Shown: piece by piece, positions 34,231 through 46,229 of the stretch
How positions within the stretch are numbered: position 1 is the first letter of the stretch
How the letters are laid out: every line of letters starts with the position of its first letter
Assembly (NCBI RefSeq): GCF_048593235.1
Contig: NC_133617.1
Span: forward strand, 111,188,937 to 111,252,936
From: Sminthopsis crassicaudata
Taxonomy: Eukaryota
Length of the DNA stretch: 64,000 bases
Direction of reading: 5' to 3'
Program-made: the position numbers and the translations under genes
Notes under the pieces: generated by a model
Seen by the model: only the letters and a program-made list of their open reading frames with translations
What the model was told of the DNA's origin: nothing
The model's database searches: none

Positions 34231-36290
34231 GGCTGGTCTCCGAGGCCCAAACAAATGGAGTGGGATGAAGGGCCCTGGGCTGGCCCCTCCAGCCATTTCC
34301 CTGACCGGTGGGTAAAGGCTGGCCATTAATATCTGTGGAAGAGCGAAAAGTGTTAGCCCAATGCTTTCTCCTCTTGCAGCAGGGGCAAATCGTGGCAGGT
34401 TGGTTGGGGGGGGGGTTGGTGGCTGGGGGATAGTTGGCAGGGCATTGCTGTGCAAAATGGCCAGGCTGGCCACATTTAAAACAGGATCTAGTACCCTGTT
34501 GGTTGTAGATGGCAGCCCCTATAGTAAGGTCCAGGGCCTGTGACAATTTAGAGGAAAGAGGGTCAATGGCCTGTGATAATTTAGAGGAGAGGGGGTCAAT
34601 GTCCCTACACATGCGAATCATCTCATTAAGGGTTTTGTCTCTAATTTTGCCCTGCAGGACTGCCCTGCATGAGGAGTTAGCATTCTCATAGGCTATGCGT
34701 TTAACAAGCTGGTCGTTGGCAGTTTCCTGCCCTAGAGTCCTTTGAGCAGCCTCGAGCAGGCAGCTGACATATTCAGAGAAATCCTCTTGATTTCCTTGTA
34801 TGATTTTTGTTTAAAGGCACAAAAGGGGACCCTGTGTTCGACAGGGCACACCATGCATCACGGGCGGCATGGGATGTCTGCATTAGAAGGCCAACCGGAA
34901 AGTGATGCTGGCGAGTTTCCACTGCATATTTTCCCTGTCCACTAAGCTTCTCAAAAGTCCAGTTTGCAAAGGGAGAATGCGGGGATTTTGAATTGGCAGC
35001 AGCCGTGGTGCGGCAACGATCAAAGAAATCTGCCTGCCAGTTCAGAAACTGGCCGCAGGATAGGACTGCCTGAACGGTGTGAGTCCATTCGGAGGGAAGC
35101 ATATAGCCTCCCCAGGACATGGCCTCCAAAACAGAAAGGGTAAAAGGGGCATTAGGGCCGTAATTTCTAACAGCACTATTCAAGTCTTTAAGAGTTTTAA
35201 AGTTGAGTTTATGAAGCTCCCTCCAGGGGACCCCAGGAGTTGTGGGAAGCTCATCGTCACCCTCACCCTCACTTTCATTTTGGCTGCTGGCTTCGCTCTC
35301 TCCCTCAGAATCCGTGGGCGGCGGGGATCCTTTACAAGGGGAGATATGGGGCTTGGATGAGGCGGAGGAATCATTGGATGCATTAGCAGGAGTGATGACG
35401 GGGAAAGTCAAGGCTTTCTTAGGCCGCTTAAAGGGGCCTGTCCTTATTTCAGTGTACAGGGAAAGGCCGTGCTACATAAAGAGTGTTGTAGAGAGGAGAG
35501 TTCAATGGAGAGCTGGACAAATTGTTTCTGCAAGTCTAAATGCTGCTTAAGGGCACCCCCTCTGAGAAGAGAATTCTTCCGTAGCTGCGGAGAGGGCAGA
35601 GGGGGGCATGAAGACCGGGTTGGACAAAACTGTCTACGTGACATAGGGAGGGGATCCGTTCACAGGAGGGGCGTGTACGTGTGGAGGAAGATATATCGAA
35701 GGATGGCTCCGAGGGGCCGAATTATCAAGATCATGATAACGGATAGCCTCCTCCTCTAATTCAGCAAGGTCCCCGGGGCCTAGGACATCCTTATCCAGGG
35801 CTTTGGGAGGGGTCTTTGTAATTATAGGGAAGTTTTGAGGCTCGTTAGTGAGCGGACTTTCCAAAGGTGGTGGGGGTAAAGGGACTGAGATGGTTTTGGG
35901 GCAGGTGGCATTTCAATAATTATCGATGGAGGTCGAGAGGAGGGCTGAAAGAGGGGGGTACACAGAAAGGGGCCTTCTCAGCTGGTGGGAGGGAGGCAAG
36001 AGAGGCTGCGCGGGACAGAGGGCGAAGGCAAAGTTCTGCGACAGATAAAAGCTGCTTCTGATGGGGGTCACAGTGTGCTGACTCTACAATGTCCCTTATT
36101 AATCCCCAATATGAAAAGATGGTGGTCGGGACTGCATCAGGTCCCTCATTTTGTAATTTAGTATTTGTCTCTCCTGACCTCCTGCCATTTTTGGGGATGG
36201 ATTTCAGACCCATTGATAAGAAACCAGGGACAAATTTCATCTATAAAAAGAAAAAATCTAAGTCCTTCTTTTTGACCCTAACCTAAGTCT
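34230..36290 (-). pseudogene. gag: Betaretroviral gag (partial MA, CA, NC), frameshifted
   Basis: TIFSYWGLIRDIVE (MA); NYGPNAPFTLSVLE and IIQGNQEDFSEYV (CA/MHR); CFKCGQPGHFAQQC plus a degenerate second knuckle. Confidence 0.93.
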
Positions 36291-36309
36291 AGGGAGAGCT
36301 TGCACTCAT

Positions 36310-36544
36310 CGTACCCTCTCCCCTAGATGGCCGGCAAAATCCAAGATATGTTATATATGTTAAATGCAATATATATAAACATACAAGTATCTTGCTGCAC
36401 AAGAAAATTCAGATTAGGAAAAATGAGAAAATACATGTGAACAAAATCAAAACGAAGGAAAATATTATGTTGTGATACAGACTCAATTCCCATAGTCTTC
36501 TCAATGGGTGTAGATGGCTCTCTTCATCACAAAATCATAGGAAT
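36310..36544 (-). mobile_element. L1 3'UTR fragment from a duplicated block
   Basis: Paralogous to about 21230-21550 and 57690-57890, including the non-L1 flank agggtac(a/g)atgagtgcaagctctccctag. Confidence 0.7.
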
Positions 36545-37775
36545 TGAAGTGAAAAAGCACCCCAGACTGGACCATGAGAAACATAATCTTGAAACTCTGT
36601 AGTTAGTTTACTAGCTCTTCATACCCTAATGTGGATGGTATTATTATACCCCCAGATGTGCTGCCCTAAAAAACCCAAGACCTTGACAACTTGATAAACA
36701 TAAAGAAATACTGTCTTATTGCCATCTGGGAATGGCATCCTTAGTATGATCACCTTTGCCTTCTTTCTAGAATTCCTTTTATTATGAAATGTATCAAACA
36801 TTTTGCTGTCTCTCTCTTCTTGCTATAAATAAGTGGCCTTGAGACCACTTATTCACGGACTCCCTTGTTCTGGTGAGTTTTAGTTGCTAGCTAGCAATAA
36901 ACTCTCTTAAATTTTCATTATTTTGGCTGTCCTGTATTTTCTCTCACATGGACACTTCATTTGGAGGCCCCAGCGAGATAGCCTTTGGCTCTGTTTAGAC
37001 AGCCAGTCCCTTTCCCTGGAGGGTGAAGGTGGTTACTAGCTCAAGCAGGTGGCCACTGAAAGATGTTTCTCAGCCTCGGACCTAGGTTACCCACTTTTGC
37101 TGACCGGGAGAAGAGACATACGTTTGTCCCAGTTGGCTTCAAGTGTTCTGGGAACTGGTTCAATTCTGGGGGAGTATTTTGGGATAGTAGGTGGTTAAAT
37201 GAAACATATGGGCACTGACTCTCCTATTGGCTTCAAGATCCTCCGGGCCTGGCTGATGGCTAGGGCTGGCAGCGCCCTGCAGAAGGACGTGTGAATCTTC
37301 CAAAAGCCTTGTGCTGTTCTTAGTTTATAAAGTGCTTTCTCTAACTCACTTAGGGGGACTCCCTTATAATGATCAGCTTTGCTGTTTTGTTTTTTTCTCT
37401 CCCCTGGAATGGAATCCCTCACTGAGACTGCTGACTGCTGATGCCTGACCTATGCCAAAGCGAACTCTGCCCATCCCCCCAGTGTCCCTGCCCTGGGCCC
37501 CTGAGGGCCCACACTTGGAAAACACTAGGAAGTTGATTTCACAGACACGGAAACCTGGGTTCAAGGACATCGTTTTTGCTTTTTGTTGACACCTTAGGTT
37601 GGCCCAAAGCCTTTCCTGTGAAGTCTGTATCTGCTTTGGTCATAGCCAAGAAACTTGTGACTGAGATTATTTCCCGGTTTGGACTCCCTTCCTCCCTCGG
37701 GTCTGATATTGGTCCGGCTTTTGTTTCTAATGTTGTGCAGTCCCTGGCACAGACCGTCTTAAAATGGAGGTAATA
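36545..37775 (+). mobile_element. 3'-truncated class I ERV: LTR, Gln-type PBS, leader, integrase fragment
   Basis: LTR 36545-36959 with TGAAGTG...CACTTCA termini, TATAAA and AATAAA. PBS TGGAGGCCCCAGCGAGAT at 36962-36979. IN FVDTLGWPKAFP...RFGLPSSLGSDIGPAFVS at about 37500-37773. Confidence 0.9.
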
Positions 37776-39429
37776 GACACATCTCACCTTCCATTTCAAA
37801 TCATTTGTACATCTATACTCTCATATCTTCCCACCAATGTTGTGTAGTGTCCCTTTTATTACCCACATTTAACAGTTGAGCAAACTGAGTTGTAGAAATT
37901 GTGTTGGTTTTTTGCTCTTTACTAAGGATGTCATAGTAAGTGTCTGGACTAAGAACTCAACGCTTCTTCTTAGACATCAACCCGAATGACTTTAATGATG
38001 TGCTTTAGGTATGCACATTAGTAAATAATACCAGCAATTCACATTTTCATAAAGTTATAATACATAATGTTTTTCTCAGAATGTTTCATGAATACAAGTC
38101 ATGTTTGTCCAGGGAAAGTGTAGGTTAACACTTTCAAGCCTCTCTTTCTGGCTCTTCTGGCCCACATTGTAGTCACTACTTTGCCTTTAGGTCTTGTGGG
38201 CTTGAGAATACAAATAAGAGAGACCTCTTGTGGAAAAGAGGCAGCAGGAATGGGATCCCATGGACTGTAAGTCTGACAGGTCCACAGGATGCTGTGAAAT
38301 CAAAGAAAATTGGAAGTATTGTCAGAACTTTTGTGTTTTGCACTCTTTTTTGATAGAAGTTGCCTACCATAGCAAACAAACTTTACATATTCTTTATGCA
38401 AACAGACATTTTGCTACAAAGTTCCATTGTTTTCTTCTTTGACAAAAAAGAAGAGTTCCTCCCTTGCTGCATTTGGATTTCTTTTAATGATGAGGAGAGA
38501 GGAAAGAAGTGATGGAGAAAGGAGAAACCAGGGAAAGGGACCCTTAGGAATGGATCAAATTGGATAAATTGGATAAAAAAGGATTTTTATCAATTGTGTT
38601 GAGGGGCTTTACTATAAAAACAAATAGGATGATGAAAGGCAATAGCTAAGCTGTGCCCAATGAGCTACTAGGGCTTTCTTGTGCTACTTCCTATTCACTT
38701 AGCTGGGAAGATGAGGTAGTTATTGGAACTAAAGCTGAGTATTAATTTGTTGACATTATTTTCCCTCAGGAAATCCCTGAATTCAACATGGTGAAGAAAA
38801 ATCAGGTACTTCCCCATAGTGCGAGTCAATCCATAGACATGTGTAATACTTGCTCTTTGTCACCATATTAAAGGAGGACAATATCCCCCAAAATTCATTC
38901 TAAGAGGAAAGACCAAAAGCACACGAATATATGCCAAATAAATATAGAGCATAAAAAAGTCATGTCACAAGGCATGATCCTAATGGAACAATGAGGCTAT
39001 CAGAAGAGTGTAGGAGACAGGTGAACAGGGTGAACTGGTTGTTTGCTATGTGAGTGAAGAAAAGAAGACTTCTGAGAGAAAAATATTGAGTAAGGAATTA
39101 AAAGGAACCTAACCCAATGGATGATATGTGGGCTAAGCAAAGAGAAGAGGGTTGGATGATTGAGCCTGAAAATATGGGTGACAGAAAAGGGAGTTTCAGA
39201 AGAGGGCACAGAGTATGGGACAAAGAACAGATTCTGGTTTGGACACTTTTGAGCTTCTAGTGCAGTTGGGTATCTAGGTCAAAATGTCCAACAGATATGT
39301 GGGAATTTCAGGAAAGAGCTCCAGTGAGAGACTGAAGCAGATTCAATACACCTGGGAGTGATTTAAGTTTGATCTGTTTATATTACAACATAGAAGGATG
39401 ATACTTTTAACTGCTTTAGGACATTATCA

Positions 39430-40380
39430 ATATTCTGCTAGGTAAAAGGAGTATACAAAAAGGTAAGGGATATGAGTGTAATATGAAGGGATAATATGTT
39501 TTTAAAAAAAAAATTAGGGAAAGGACTGATATAGGGATGTATAGAAAAAGGAAAAAAAGAGAAGTGGGAATGGTACAAATTATCTTCCACAAGAAAAAGA
39601 AGCCTGAAAAAGTTCTTTCAGTGGAGGGGAACAGGAAGATGAGAAGTTGGTTGAGTGAACTTTACTCTTATCAGTATTGGTTCAAATAAGAAACACCCTA
39701 AATGATGACTAGGGATAGTGAACTCTATCTTAGTCTGCTGGAAAATAGAAGAGGAATGGAATATGGGCAGAGGAAATGTGATAAAAGATCAGGTAAATTT
39801 GGAGAAGTCCTTGATCCGTAATGAAACACTTTTGAGGAAAGTCATACTGAAAAGAGAATAAATGGCTGGAAATACAAGTATCAATGATAAATGGAAAAAC
39901 AATTTTTGAAGCAAGGTTCTCTGAATAGATATCATTGTTCTCTGGGAAATGATGAGCAGAATTTTCTTGGGGGGGAATAGTCCTCCATGAACAGAGTGAA
40001 ATATGCTATATATGAAATGACATCAATGTTCTGTGGGTAACCAGATGAAAATGAGTTTGTTGTTCCCAGTAACACAGTCATTCACAACTACTCTGAAGGA
40101 CTTAGACAAAAAATTCCTCTGCATTCACAGAAAAGGAATGATTGTGTGAATATAGATAGAAGTCTTCTCTATTTCCATCTTTATCTGCTTTTACCTTAAT
40201 TTTTCTAGATGCTTATAATTTTCATTAAGTTGAAAGATCTATATTTTTATTCACAACTTTTATGTAAAAGTTTGCAAAATTTTAAATGTGGTTCCTTAAT
40301 TGTGGGTGGGAATTAGGGAAACCACTTAGAAAGTAAAAATCTTAAGAAAAGTATTCAAAAAAGTGGGCAAATAATGAATT
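39430..40380 (+). mobile_element. Old L1 fragments (inter-ORF-like and 3' parts)
   Basis: A-rich marsupial L1-like text. Part is repeated at 49573-49894. Confidence 0.5.
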
Positions 40381-41060
40381 AAACAAAAACAAAAAATTCA
40401 TTCACTTTTGCACTTTGGAAGTTATAAGAGTAACTTTGCATAAAACTCAACTGTATAAGAATGTGAGAAACCACAGTGCCGAGTTTAGAAGAATGAGAAG
40501 GCAGGAAAAATGAATTTAGTCCACAGGCAATAAATATTATCTACTGTGGGCCAAGCTCCATAGTAAGCACTGGGGGATACAAAGAATGGCCCAAGCTGAG
40601 CCCCGGTCTGGAGGAGCTCCCAATCTAAGGGGGTAACCCCATACAAACAACCGTGCCAAGAGTGGGTTCCCAGAAAAATGGGAAGTAAAGTTTTATCTTG
40701 GGCTTCCTCCAAGTATGTAATGAAGAAGAACATAAGCAGGAGCACACTGACAAGGGCCCAGTCGTCCTCCAAAGGCCAGGAATCACTTTTGGTAGATCAC
40801 AAACCCTGTGCTGCATGAACTATCTTTCCTACCCACAGTCTGCTTCCTGATTCCTTCCCCTTTGCTCATATAGTCCCTTCTTCATTCACATTCTTGGTCC
40901 AGGAGCAGCAGAGGAGCTTTTTCCACAAGGGAAAATCGCTTATATTCCGAGGTCCCCCTCATTAAATTGCTCCCTTTTCATCAAGCAACAATGCACAGTG
41001 CCGGACCTGGAGGGCCAGGAGGGCATCCTTCATGCCAGGTCAAGTCAGGAAAAGGGCATA

Positions 41061-41772
41061 ATGGTCGCATCTTGGATGAGGTTTAGGTTTTGCGGCTCCT
41101 TCTCTGACCCTGGCTGTTCCACTTCTTCTGGTGGATCCATTCCCTCCTGTTTTCCCTGAGGGCGCTATCCTGTCCTGACAACACCAACACCTCTAAAGAG
41201 GACACCAAAGTCCTTTCTGACCTGGACACAAGATCCAAGCATACTCTAAAATGACCTCTGAACCCTCCTCCAAATGGGAACAAGGAGAAGCTCCTGAAAC
41301 CGAGTAAGAAGAAAGCCTGATATTTTCCATCCCAGTGACCATTGGTTGGCCAAAAAGGCCGGCCAAAGCACATCCAGCCCCTCCCACAGAATGCAACACC
41401 TGCCCTGAAATGATTTCAGAACCCTCCTCCAACTGGCCCCAAGAAGAAGATCCTCAAACCCAAGAAATGACCCCAGCTCGTTTCCGCAAAGGCCGTGGTT
41501 GCTGGAAGAGGGGACCCCCATTTCAGAGGACAGTCCCCAAGCGGTCCTCCCCAAGCACCCAGAGAAGAGGCTGTAAACAACAAGGTCTGTTTTTGGGCCT
41601 TTGTAAAATTTCTGCTCTGGAAGATTGTAGGGAGGGGTTGGAGAGTAGACAATTAAGTTCCAGCTCTCTCAATTTCCCCCACAAACCAAACAAATTTGTA
41701 CCTCACTGTGAATACAGACATTTAAATGAAAGTCTTGAGGTAGCACAGGGGCCCTCCAGACCTACCCTTTAA
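41061..41772 (+). pseudogene. Family A copy 2
   Basis: MVASWMR, frameshift, LGFAAPSLTLAVPLLLVDPFPPVFP...MTSEPSSKWEQGEAPETE*EE, then open to 41772 (ORF 41335-41772). Confidence 0.5.
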
Positions 41773-41879
41773 AATGAAGAAAGCTAATTGGCTGTACATG
41801 AACCTGTCTGAAGTGGCTACATGTCCAGGATAAATCCATAGAAGAAGTGGGGCCTCCTGGCCTAGTTGTAGGGGCTGAA

Positions 41880-42900
41880 TCCTCAGCAGAACCACAGAGT
41901 TTCATCTCCCAAAGTTTCTGTCAAGTTGAGATCTGAGTCCTGGAGGCCTGAGAGAAGCTGGACTGATTAGGATGGCAGCCAGGTGCAGCTGTGTCACTGA
42001 GAACCTGAGGACCTGGGCCTGGCAAGAAGGAACTAGCCCCCTGTGGGTGCAGAGGCAGTGGGGCAGGGATGCAGCTGGCTGCCAGTATATGCAGGAGAGG
42101 AGAGCTCTTGCTTTGAGGTTCCTGGTCAGAGAGAAACATTGAAGGGAAGCCTATGGAACCTTCACCACACTCCACAAGTAGAGGTGCTTAACCTCTTTAA
42201 AAAAAAGAAAAATCACCTGAAAAGAAGAATCCAACTATTGAAATATATTTATGGGAATAGGGAAAAGGAGAGTACACCTTCAGAGGCAGACATTCAGGTA
42301 AAAACCTTTTACCCCAAAGAGTAATGAGCACTGGCTACAACCCCAAGAAAATGTGTAGGACAACTCAAAAAAGAATTTAAAAATCAAATGAAATTGAGGG
42401 AAAAGCAACCAAAAAATATCCGTCTAAAACCCCCCCAAAAACTTATGGGGAAAAAAGGAAACCAAATTGCAGAGGAGGAAAGGAGTCTCAAGATGAAAAT
42501 AACTCTTTTAAAAATGAAGATTGGCAATGGGAAGCTAGGGAAATGGAGAAAAGTCAAGAAATAACAAAACAAATTAGAAACATTGGAAAGAAATAGAACA
42601 ATGTGAAACATACATTTAAAGACAGGTCTGGAGAACAGAATAGAATAGAATGGAAAACAGAAGAAGTTGACTACCTGAAAAGTGTGACCAAAAAACAAAC
42701 AAACAAAAAACACAAAACCTTGACACAATAATGTTAAGAACTAATTTGGGATTATTGTCCTGGAATGATAAAATATGAGGGGAAAATGTAGAAATAGGAC
42801 AAAAAATATCTCCCAATACCCTGAATGCCAACTGAAAACATTTAGTAACCTTGTGAATAGCCATGTTAATGCCCACTCTGCATTCACAAGACTGCCAGTT
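41880..42900 (+). mobile_element. Old marsupial L1 5'UTR plus decayed ORF1
   Basis: Translates to pieces such as NWLQPQE..SKKEFKNQM, ENNSFK and LDTIM resembling marsupial L1 ORF1. Confidence 0.7.
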
Positions 42901-43180
42901 CCTCCTAATTCCCAGGCCCTCCTAGAAATCTCCAGGCACTGTCTTTTATAGTGCTTAAACCCGTTTTGCCAAGCTTCACTCTGTCTGAGGTCCTCAGAGA
43001 GCTCTGGCCGTCATTTTGTAAGAACAATGGCTTAGATACATGGTGGAGAACAGCCATGTGCAAGCTCAAGGTCTTTTCTTCATGTTCACCTCCTGCCTAG
43101 CTGATGTCCTGCTGACTCCAAGAACACCAAGTCAAAAAGGATCTGGTTCCTCCTCCCACAGCTTAAAGCGGATCTATTGA

Positions 43181-46100
43181 CAGGCATCCTCAAACTTTGT
43201 AAATACGGGGCCAATTCACTGTCTCTCAGACTGTTGGACGGCCGGAGTATAGTAAAAACAAAAACTATGAACAAATTCCTATGCACGCTGTATATATCTA
43301 ATTTTGAAGTAAAGAATCAAAATGGGAACAAATACAACATTTAAAATGAAGTAAAGTTAAATCAACAAATTTACCAGTATTTCAATGGCAACTATGGGTC
43401 TGCTTTAAGTCTTGATCTGATTGGAGATTTCAAATGTTTCATTCTAGAAAGAGTCTGTTCACAGACATAAGTGCTGCAAAAGATGGTTGCCGTTTTGAGT
43501 GCATGGTTCCTGAGATGAGGATATGTCTCAGAGGGGAGAGATGCATAGAAATTATGAAGGCTGCTTGACTTGAATGGGTGTTTCAGAGCATCAAAATTCT
43601 GCAGTTCAACCATTTCCACTTGGTAAATTGTATCCACATTTTCAGTGTCAATAGAAAATGGGTTAGGGAAAATCTGTATGTCCTGTTCATGGAGATGAAG
43701 CTCTTTAAATCTAAATTGGAACTCCTTTTGCAAATTTTCCAATGAATCCACTCACATTTTGTTTGGGAATGCAATCAGTGGTTTTTCTGCTAACAGATTT
43801 TGAGTTGTGGGGAGATGGCAGAAGTTTTCCTCCTTTACTTGTTTGATGAGGAGGCCTAATTTTACTTCAAATGCTTTGACGTGTGATTGCATATCACAGA
43901 TGAGCTTCCCCTTTCCTTGAAGTTGCATATTGAAATTGTTGAGTAGTTCTGTTACATCTGTCAGAAAGGCAAGGTGCCATTTCCAATCTGCATCACTGAG
44001 CTCTGGTGCTGCTTTGTTTTCTGAAAGCAGAAAAGTTGTCATCTATGGAAGTAAGTCATAGAAACGTTTCAAAACTCTCCCTCAACTCAGCCAATGGACT
44101 TCTGTGTGATATAGAACATCTTCATACTCAACATGTAGCTCTGACAGAAATTCTGAAATTGTCTGTGATTTACTGCATTAGCTCCAATGAAGTTAACAAA
44201 AGATACCACAATTTTCATAACAGAGTCCCACTTCAGTGATTTACTATGCAGGACTTGTTGGTGGATAAGGCAGTGTATGGCTATTGGATGAGTATGGTTA
44301 TGTTTGTCCATGTCTTGGTATTTGTTCCTTTGCTTTACAGTGCAACAAGCTCTTCTATGACTTCAAAATAATCATTCGTCCAACAAATAAATATTAGAAG
44401 TTGTGCAGATTCACAAACATCATTGCTTTTGTCGAGTGCCAAGGAAAAAATATGAAACTTTTTTTGTGGAGTTTTGCAAATGCTGGTGCAGATTGTTTCC
44501 CATTTCTTCAATCCTCCATGTAATTGTAGGTTCTGAAAGACTCACTGGACTAAACGAATCGGCCTTCTCTGGGCACATCTCTTTGGCAACAGAAGGAAGG
44601 CATTTTTTAACAAATTCTCCCTCCACAAATGGTCTGCCAGTGCGTGCTATTAGCTTGGCAACTTGAAAACTTGCTGGTAGTGATTTAATATTTAGCTTCT
44701 TGTGCTTCACAAAAATATTTTGCTCATTTGTCTATGTATATTTCAGTTTTAATATATTATCCTTTCTCACTTCTACAACCAAGCAATTATATTTATCTTT
44801 ATGTTGAGTTTCATAGTGGCCACGCAAATTTTATTATTTGAACACAGACACTATATTCTGGCATATCAGACATGCAGCTCTTTCCTTGTACTGCATGAAA
44901 AAGTACCCATAAGTCCACTGTTCTTTGAATATCCTACACTCCAAGTCAATGTTTCTTTTTTTGACATCATTATTTCTAAGGGATTCCAAATTGCTNNNNN
45001 NNNNNNNNNNNNNNNNNNNNNNNNNNNNNNNNNNNNNNNNNNNNNNNNNNNNNNNNNNNNNNNNNNNNNNNNNNNNNNNNNNNNNNNNNNNNNNNNNNNN
45101 NNNNNNNNNNNNNNNNNNNNNNNNNNNNNNNNNNNNNNNNNNNNNNNNNNNNTGCCCACACAGAGACATACAGTTTGCAATGCCCAACTTCCTCCAAACT
45201 GCCTGTGCGCTGTGATGCCTCCATTACCCGCACTCTCTCTCCCACTTCAGACCTTCCCTGCACTCAAGGCACTGCCCAGGCGGCCCTCCCAAATGCCCTG
45301 GAGTCCTCTGAATCCTGGGATCAATTCTCATGATCCAGCGCTGCATGGTTGTATGTGCTGTACTAGTAATTTATCATAATCGCAGGCAAGACTGTGCATA
45401 TGTGTACATAACTGTATGATATATTGTATGTGCAGAATGCAAATTGTACATTGGGGTTTCTGGGGGAGGTCCTCATGTGACTTGAAGCTGCACAAGTGTA
45501 TGGGGCCCTTAAGAATCTGGAGGGGGATGAAGCAGTACAGCAGCTCTGCACTTCCTCATACTCAGGATAAGTGGGGGGCACTAAGGTCAGAGCCCCTGTG
45601 ATTATAAGGTGATGACACATGTTAGCAATATTCCATCTCTTTATGAAACTACAGAACATACACAGAATCATAAAAATAATGACCACAGCAGCCAGACATG
45701 ATGTCACTATGGATACGGCCTGGTACCAGGAGCCTCGCTCTGGGCCATAATAGCAGTCAGTGCCACAACATGCAGTAGAGTGGAAGCTGTTACATTGTCA
45801 TTGCAGCATAATGACAATAATGGTCAAGCTGGGACTTGTGGTACTAACTGTCACTATACCCACGCACCAGACACAGCCGATATATTCCCCCTGCAGCAGC
45901 CGTGACATGCACAGCATGCTCTGTACATCCCTCATGCTTGTCTGTTGTGGCGGCTTCAGTTCCTTTACAAGACCGAGGGTGGTCAGTTCTCATGTTCTGC
46001 ATCTCTCTCCTTTCCTCACACCAAATACCCAGCCTGGGAACTCTCCTCACCCCGGTATCACCTCACACTCTGTCTCTGCAGCCTCAGCCCAGTGCCAGAA

Positions 46101-46214
46101 GTGTGCATTGCTAATGCAAGTTTATGTAGAATGTCACTTCCAGTGCGATTTTGCCATAACCCGGGGTGGGGCACATAAACATCTGGCCCGCGGGTTGTAG
46201 TTTGAGGACCCCTG
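43181..46214 (-). mobile_element. hAT/Charlie DNA transposon, OC1 (OposCharlie1)-like, near full length
   Basis: 16-bp TIRs CAGGCATCCTCAAACT (43181-43196) and CAGGGGTCCTCAAACT (46214-46199), with a decayed transposase inside. Confidence 0.92.
43382..44970 (-). pseudogene. hAT transposase (Charlie/SPIN/OC1 group), disrupted
   Basis: MMSKKRNIDLECRIFKEQW...CLICQN; GEFVKKCL; HCLIHQQ; WHLAFLTDVT; IFCSTYVCEQTLSRMK. Stops, frameshifts and a C-terminal deletion. Confidence 0.93.
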
Positions 46215-46229
46215 CTTTAAACACTCCCA

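Larger units (their letters stand above)
27959..36290 (-). mobile_element. Betaretrovirus-like (D-type) provirus with gamma-type env; 5' LTR, PBS and gag start missing
   Basis: gag, dUTPase-pro-G-patch, pol, env, PPT and LTR occur in order on the minus strand. Confidence 0.97.

Noticed and set aside
45363-46200. Several 60-146 aa ORFs in the hAT 5' region
   Set aside because: They lie in the non-coding subterminal region of the transposon and carry no motifs.
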